Positions 59,759 through 64,000 of a stretch of 64,000 nucleotides of DNA are shown here, in pieces. How positions within the stretch are numbered: position 1 is the stretch's first letter; each line of letters begins with the position of its first letter. The stretch is from Planctomycetota bacterium (GTDB taxonomy: Bacteria > Planctomycetota > JAJSAM01 > JAJVHW01). Both the position numbers and the translations under genes were made by a program. The stretch covers positions 1,472,001 to 1,536,000 of the forward strand of contig CBDFJG010000004.1 of NCBI GenBank assembly GCA_965248445.1. The letters run 5' to 3'. The notes beneath the pieces were generated by a model. The model was not told the DNA's origin. It worked only from the letters and a program-made list of their open reading frames with translations, and made no database searches.

Positions 59759-61093
59759 CTACTTCGGGCTCTCGACCCAGGCTTCGAGGTGCCGCTCGCT
59801 CAGCACGTAGAGCGTTCCATCGACGATGGCGGGCGGTGAGCACTCGCGTCCGGGCAGGCTCTTGCGCCAGATGATGTTCCCGGTGTCGGCCCGCCGGCAG
59901 GTGACGACACCGTTGTCGGCCCACAGCACGCTGCGCGCTGTGACACATGGCCCGCCCATCTCGATCATGCCCTCGTTGCGGTTCCAGAGCGGTTCGCCGT
60001 TGGCGGCGTCGAACGCGCGCAGCGTCCCGCGTGCATCGGACACCAGGACGCGGCCGGCGCCTGCCGCCAGCGACTCCGAGCGGCTGGCGCTGGTCAGGCG
60101 GCGTTCCCAGATCGTCCTGCCATCGAACATCGCGATGCCGCGCAGATAACGGTTCTCCGCCAGCACCACCACGATCCCCGGCGCACCGAGGGACGGGCCC
60201 ATGTCGGGTTCCGAGCCGATGTCCACCTTCCAGAGGACCTTGCCGTTGGCCGGATCGATGCGCATTAGTTCGGCGTCTGCGGTGCCGACGACGACGTTCT
60301 CGCCGTCCACCAGCAGCGCCCCGCTCGGCGTGCACTTCTTCTCGAACACCTGCTCACCGGTGTCGAGGTCGTACGCGCGAACGCCTTCGTTGCGGAACGC
60401 GGCGAACACGCGGTTGCCGCCGATGGCCGGCGCGGAGTCGCAACCGTAGACCGCCGGCTTGGACCAGACCCGCCTGCCGCTCGCGGAGTCGAGCGCGATG
60501 AGTGCTCGTGAGGTGGGCACCACGAGCCGGTCGCCGGCGAGGATCGCGGACGCCGAGATTTGCGTGTCGAGTTGCACCAGCCAGCGCCGCGCACCGTCCA
60601 GGGCATCGAACGCGCGCACCACCCCGTCCTTCCCCAGGCAGATGACGTTGCGTCCGTCGGGGACCAGCGCCCCTTCGATCAGGCGCATCCCTGGGATGGC
60701 CACACGCCAGGCGCGCTTCGGGTTCACCGGGATCTCGCCTCCCGCGACTCCGGAACGCTCCGGTCCGCCCCGCAGTCCGGCCCACGTGAGCGCGGGTGTG
60801 GCGGCGGCGATGCGGTCGAGCACGCCTTGCGCCGCCGCCCGAACACCCGGCCGCGGATCGTCGAGCGCGCGCGTCACGTACGGGCGGGCGCTCTCGCCGA
60901 TCGCCACGAGCGCGTCGGCAGCGCCCGTGCGCACCTCGGCATCATCGTCGGCCAGCAGCTTGAGGAAACCCTCGATTCGAGCCCGTTCCTCGAGTTTCGC
61001 GTCTTGCGCGTGCGCGGTCGGGACGGTCACGGGGGCCAGCAGGGAGAGTGCAGCGAGACATGCTGCTGCGGCGAAACCCGTCATGCCCTTCAT
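59759..61093 (-). CDS. Secreted HEAT + PQQ-like beta-propeller repeat protein (BamB-like repeats)
   Basis: Signal peptide, DDDAEVR/DPRPGVR, repeats AFDA..G...W, terminal SPPAIVDG. Confidence 0.85.
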   Translation of the reverse strand: MKGMTGFAAAACLAALSLLAPVTVPTAHAQDAKLEERARIEGFLKLLADDDAEVRTGAADALVAIGESARPYVTRALDDPRPGVRAAAQGVLDRIAAATPALTWAGLRGGPERSGVAGGEIPVNPKRAWRVAIPGMRLIEGALVPDGRNVICLGKDGVVRAFDALDGARRWLVQLDTQISASAILAGDRLVVPTSRALIALDSASGRRVWSKPAVYGCDSAPAIGGNRVFAAFRNEGVRAYDLDTGEQVFEKKCTPSGALLVDGENVVVGTADAELMRIDPANGKVLWKVDIGSEPDMGPSLGAPGIVVVLAENRYLRGIAMFDGRTIWERRLTSASRSESLAAGAGRVLVSDARGTLRAFDAANGEPLWNRNEGMIEMGGPCVTARSVLWADNGVVTCRRADTGNIIWRKSLPGRECSPPAIVDGTLYVLSERHLEAWVESPK

Positions 61094-61151
61094 CCCGCGA
61101 ATCTACCAGCGACGGCTTCCCGCACGGGCAGCTGTAACCGAACATGACGGA

Positions 61152-61580
61152 ATGCCCGGCGATCGGACCCTGCGGGAAGGCCTGGAGCTGCCTGAGACGG
61201 CGGTGCGGCTCTCGTATGCCCGCAGCGGAGGACCCGGCGGCCAGAACGTCAACAAGGTCGAGACGAAGGTCATCGCCCGGCTCGCGCTGGAAGACGTCCC
61301 CGGCCTGACGCACTGGGATCTGCGCCGGGTGCGCGAGAAGCTGTCCTCGCGCCTGACCACCGAGGACGAGATCGTCGTTCACGCCCAGGCGCACCGGTCT
61401 CGCGAACGCAACGTCGACGACGCCCTCGACCGGCTGGCCGGACTGCTGCGCGATGCGCTGAAGCGTCCCCGCCGCCGTCGCAAGACACGCCCGACCCGCG
61501 CGTCGAAGGAGCGCCGCCTGAGCCAGAAGAAGCAGCGCGGCGAGGTGAAGCGCCAGCGCCGCCGGCCGGCCGAGGATTGA
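61152..61580 (+). CDS. arfB: Alternative ribosome rescue peptidyl-tRNA hydrolase
   Basis: RSGGPGGQNVNKV and a basic tail with TRPTRASKERRL..KK. Confidence 0.93.
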   Translation: MPGDRTLREGLELPETAVRLSYARSGGPGGQNVNKVETKVIARLALEDVPGLTHWDLRRVREKLSSRLTTEDEIVVHAQAHRSRERNVDDALDRLAGLLRDALKRPRRRRKTRPTRASKERRLSQKKQRGEVKRQRRRPAED

Positions 61581-61584
61581 CGGC

Positions 61585-62745
61585 ATGGACTCGGTCATGC
61601 GGCGCGGGCCGGTGCGCAAGGTGCTCCGGGTCATCACGCGTACCAACGTGGGCGGCCCGTCGCTGCACGTCGCGCTGCTGACCGCGAAGCTGGGCGACGA
61701 CGTCGACACCATGCTCGTCGCGGGTAGCGTCGGCGCTCACGAGGCAGAGGCGACGTCGGTGCTGCAGCGGTACGGCGTGATGCCGTTCCGCATTCCACGC
61801 CTCAAGCGTCCGGTCTCTCCGGCGGACGACGTGCGTGCGTACCGCTTCTTGCGGGAGACGATCCGCAAGTGGCAGCCGGACATCGTCCACACCCACACGG
61901 CGAAGGCCGGTGCGCTGGCGCGGGCCGCGGCTGCTCGAGAGGGCGTACCCCGCATCGTGCACACGTTCCACGGTCATGTCTTCCGCGGACATCTGGGACG
62001 TCTCGCGGCGCAGGTCGCCGTGCAGGCCGAACGCCGGCTCGCCTCACGCACCGACGCCATCGTGGCTGTCTCCCGGGAGACGGCGGACGACATCGTGGAC
62101 GTCTACGGCATCGCGCCCCGCGACCGCGTACACGTCATTCCGCTGGGCGTCCCTGTCCCGGGGGTGGATGCCCCAGCGGCGCGCGCTCACGTCCGCCGTG
62201 AGTTCGGGATCCCGCCCGAGGCCCCCGTGGCGCTGCTGGCGGGCCGCCTCGTCGCCGTCAAGCAGCCGCTCCTGGCGCTCGCTGCGTTCGATCGCGTGCG
62301 CGCGGAACTGCCAAGGGCACGGCTCCTGGTCGCCGGTGGAGGGGATCTGCTGGGGACGGTGCGACATCGAGCGCATGACCGGGTGCACGTGCTCGGTTGG
62401 CGGGACGACGTGCCCGCGCTCATGGCCGCTGCGGACGTGGTGGTGCTCTCGAGCGCCATGGAGGGGTCACCGATCGCGCTGATCGAGGCGGCGCTGCTCG
62501 GACGTCCGGCGGCGGCGACGGACGTGGGCGGCGTGCGATCGGTCGTCGAGCACGGCGTGACGGGGTTGCTCGTCCCGCCCGACGATGCTCACAAGCTGGG
62601 GGGCGCACTCCTGACCCTGCTGTCGGACTCCGCGATGCGCGAGCGGTTCGGCGCGACCGCGCGTTCGCGAGCCCGTGGCCGCTTCGGCGTCGAGCGCATG
62701 ATCGTGGCGCACCGTGCGCTCTACGCCGACCTCCTCGGCGTCTAG
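61585..62745 (+). CDS. Glycosyltransferase family 4
   Basis: NVGGP, IVHTHTAKAG, HTFHGH, EGSPIALIEA, TDVGG. Confidence 0.9.
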   Translation: MDSVMRRGPVRKVLRVITRTNVGGPSLHVALLTAKLGDDVDTMLVAGSVGAHEAEATSVLQRYGVMPFRIPRLKRPVSPADDVRAYRFLRETIRKWQPDIVHTHTAKAGALARAAAAREGVPRIVHTFHGHVFRGHLGRLAAQVAVQAERRLASRTDAIVAVSRETADDIVDVYGIAPRDRVHVIPLGVPVPGVDAPAARAHVRREFGIPPEAPVALLAGRLVAVKQPLLALAAFDRVRAELPRARLLVAGGGDLLGTVRHRAHDRVHVLGWRDDVPALMAAADVVVLSSAMEGSPIALIEAALLGRPAAATDVGGVRSVVEHGVTGLLVPPDDAHKLGGALLTLLSDSAMRERFGATARSRARGRFGVERMIVAHRALYADLLGV

Positions 62746-62766
62746 CAGCGCTGCTAGGGTCTCGCT

Positions 62767-63666
62767 GTGTCATTCACGGTCACGCGCAAGTTCGATCCGT
62801 CGGCCGACGCGTTGCTGGTGACGTCCGATCGGCTGAAGATGTTGCGGCGCCTCCCCGACGGGTGTGCGCGGCTCGTCGTCACGTCACCGCCGTACAACGT
62901 CGGTAAGGAGTACGAGCAACGCGTTTCGCGGGAGGAGTACGTCGCGGCGCAGGAGCGTACGATCGCGGAGTGCGTCCGGGTGCTGGCCGAGGACGGCTCG
63001 CTTTGCTGGCAGGTGGGGAACATGCCGGTCGGGCGCGCGCAGATCGTGCCGCTCGATTGTCTGCTCTGGCCCGTCTTCGAGGAGTACGGGCTGCGGCTGC
63101 GCAACCGCGTCATCTGGACGTTCGGCCACGGCGAGCACTGCAAGAAGCGCCTGTCACCGCGGCACGAGACGCTGCTCTGGTTCACGAACGGCGACGACTT
63201 CGTTTTCCAGCTCGATCCGATCCGCGTGCCGCAGAAGTACCCCGGCAAGAAGGTCTATCGCGGGCCGCGGGCCGGCGAGTACGCGTGCAACCCGCTCGGG
63301 AAAAACCCTGGTGACGTCTGGGAGATCCCGAATGTCAAGAGCGCGCACCCCGAGAAGACCGAGCACCCGTGTCAGTTTCCCGTCGAACTGGTCGAACGGC
63401 TCGTGCTCGCCCTGACACAGCCCGGCGACCTCGTCGTGGATCCGTACTGCGGCGTCGGGTCCACCGTGATCGCGGCACTCATGCACGGCCGCAGAGCCGC
63501 CGGGGCGGACATCGTCTCGCGGTACGTCCGCACGGCGCGCGAGCGCGTGCGCCGTCTCGATCGCGGGGAGCTGCTCACACGCCCGATGGGGCGACCGCTC
63601 CTGGATCCGCGTGACGCGGGCGCCGTCGGTCGTCCGCCCGCTGCATGGCTGAACGACGCGGGCTAG
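62767..63666 (+). CDS. Site-specific DNA amino-methyltransferase (N4-C/N6-A, beta class)
   Basis: Catalytic TSPPY precedes HPCQFP and the SAM-binding DPYCGVGST. Confidence 0.9.
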   Translation: MSFTVTRKFDPSADALLVTSDRLKMLRRLPDGCARLVVTSPPYNVGKEYEQRVSREEYVAAQERTIAECVRVLAEDGSLCWQVGNMPVGRAQIVPLDCLLWPVFEEYGLRLRNRVIWTFGHGEHCKKRLSPRHETLLWFTNGDDFVFQLDPIRVPQKYPGKKVYRGPRAGEYACNPLGKNPGDVWEIPNVKSAHPEKTEHPCQFPVELVERLVLALTQPGDLVVDPYCGVGSTVIAALMHGRRAAGADIVSRYVRTARERVRRLDRGELLTRPMGRPLLDPRDAGAVGRPPAAWLNDAG

Positions 63667-64000
63667 TCCGCGCGCACCCAGGTGTTGCCGTCGGCTCCCT
63701 TGCCTCCGTCGGCGGGACGCGCGAGCACGTCCGAGACATCTCCGCCAGCGAGCGCAGCGCCGGCCGCGGGGCCGTTACCGCGTCCCGCGTAGGACGGGTC
63801 GTTCGTTCTGAGCAGCACGCCATCGTGCGACAGGAAGTACGCCGGACCGCCGCCGCGACGCACGGGCCACGCATAGCAGACCCAGTAGTTCTCAGCCAGT
63901 GAGGGCGCGTACTGAGCCGCTCCCGCGCCCCTCCACATCTCGCCGATGCCGAGACCCGCTCGTCCGGGCAGCCACACGCGGTACAGGTAGCCCTCGAGCT
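63663..64000 (-). CDS. 3' end of a DUF2950-like/pilin-associated protein (partial)
   Basis: GYLYRVWLP...AENYWVCYAWP...YFLSHDG. Frame is open to the window edge. Confidence 0.55.
   Translation of the reverse strand, partial: LEGYLYRVWLPGRAGLGIGEMWRGAGAAQYAPSLAENYWVCYAWPVRRGGGPAYFLSHDGVLLRTNDPSYAGRGNGPAAGAALAGGDVSDVLARPADGGKGADGNTWVRAD

Overview
High-GC (roughly 70% by eye) bacterial chromosomal segment, most likely an uncultured Planctomycetota member. This is inferred from the ECF43/TIGR02999-type sigma factor coupled to a Ser/Thr kinase-WD40 gene, the carboxypeptidase-regulatory-domain and HEAT/PQQ proteins, and a DUF2950-like pilin tail. Housekeeping genes (pyrB-pyrI, udk, truD, parA, clpP, polA, arfB, a PEP-synthase regulatory kinase, glycosyltransferases) are mixed with many signalling genes: three Ser/Thr kinase genes, an FHA-pseudokinase, two orphan GAF-histidine kinases with no response regulator in the window, and two ECF sigma factors. 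There are three IS elements. Two near-identical IS1380 copies both inserted at CTAG. One IS66 has no target duplication and sits between two 3'-truncated genes. The most interesting locus is 31.5-38.4 kb. Removing IS1380 copy 2 restores, in frame, a single ~1384-aa Ser/Thr kinase-helical repeat-GAF-histidine kinase gene. It converges on a 118-aa secreted protein gene that has its own sigma70 promoter and a highly structured ~120-nt 5' leader, and three DnaA-box-like 9-mers lie just upstream of that promoter. Other points: about ten genes have a -10 box 6-7 nt before the start codon (leaderless pattern), ~1 kb of structured non-coding DNA follows polA, and two frameshifts near 7.2 and 8.1 kb may be assembly errors. 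No rRNA, tRNA or CRISPR array was recognised. All family assignments come from motif recognition by eye, with no database searches.
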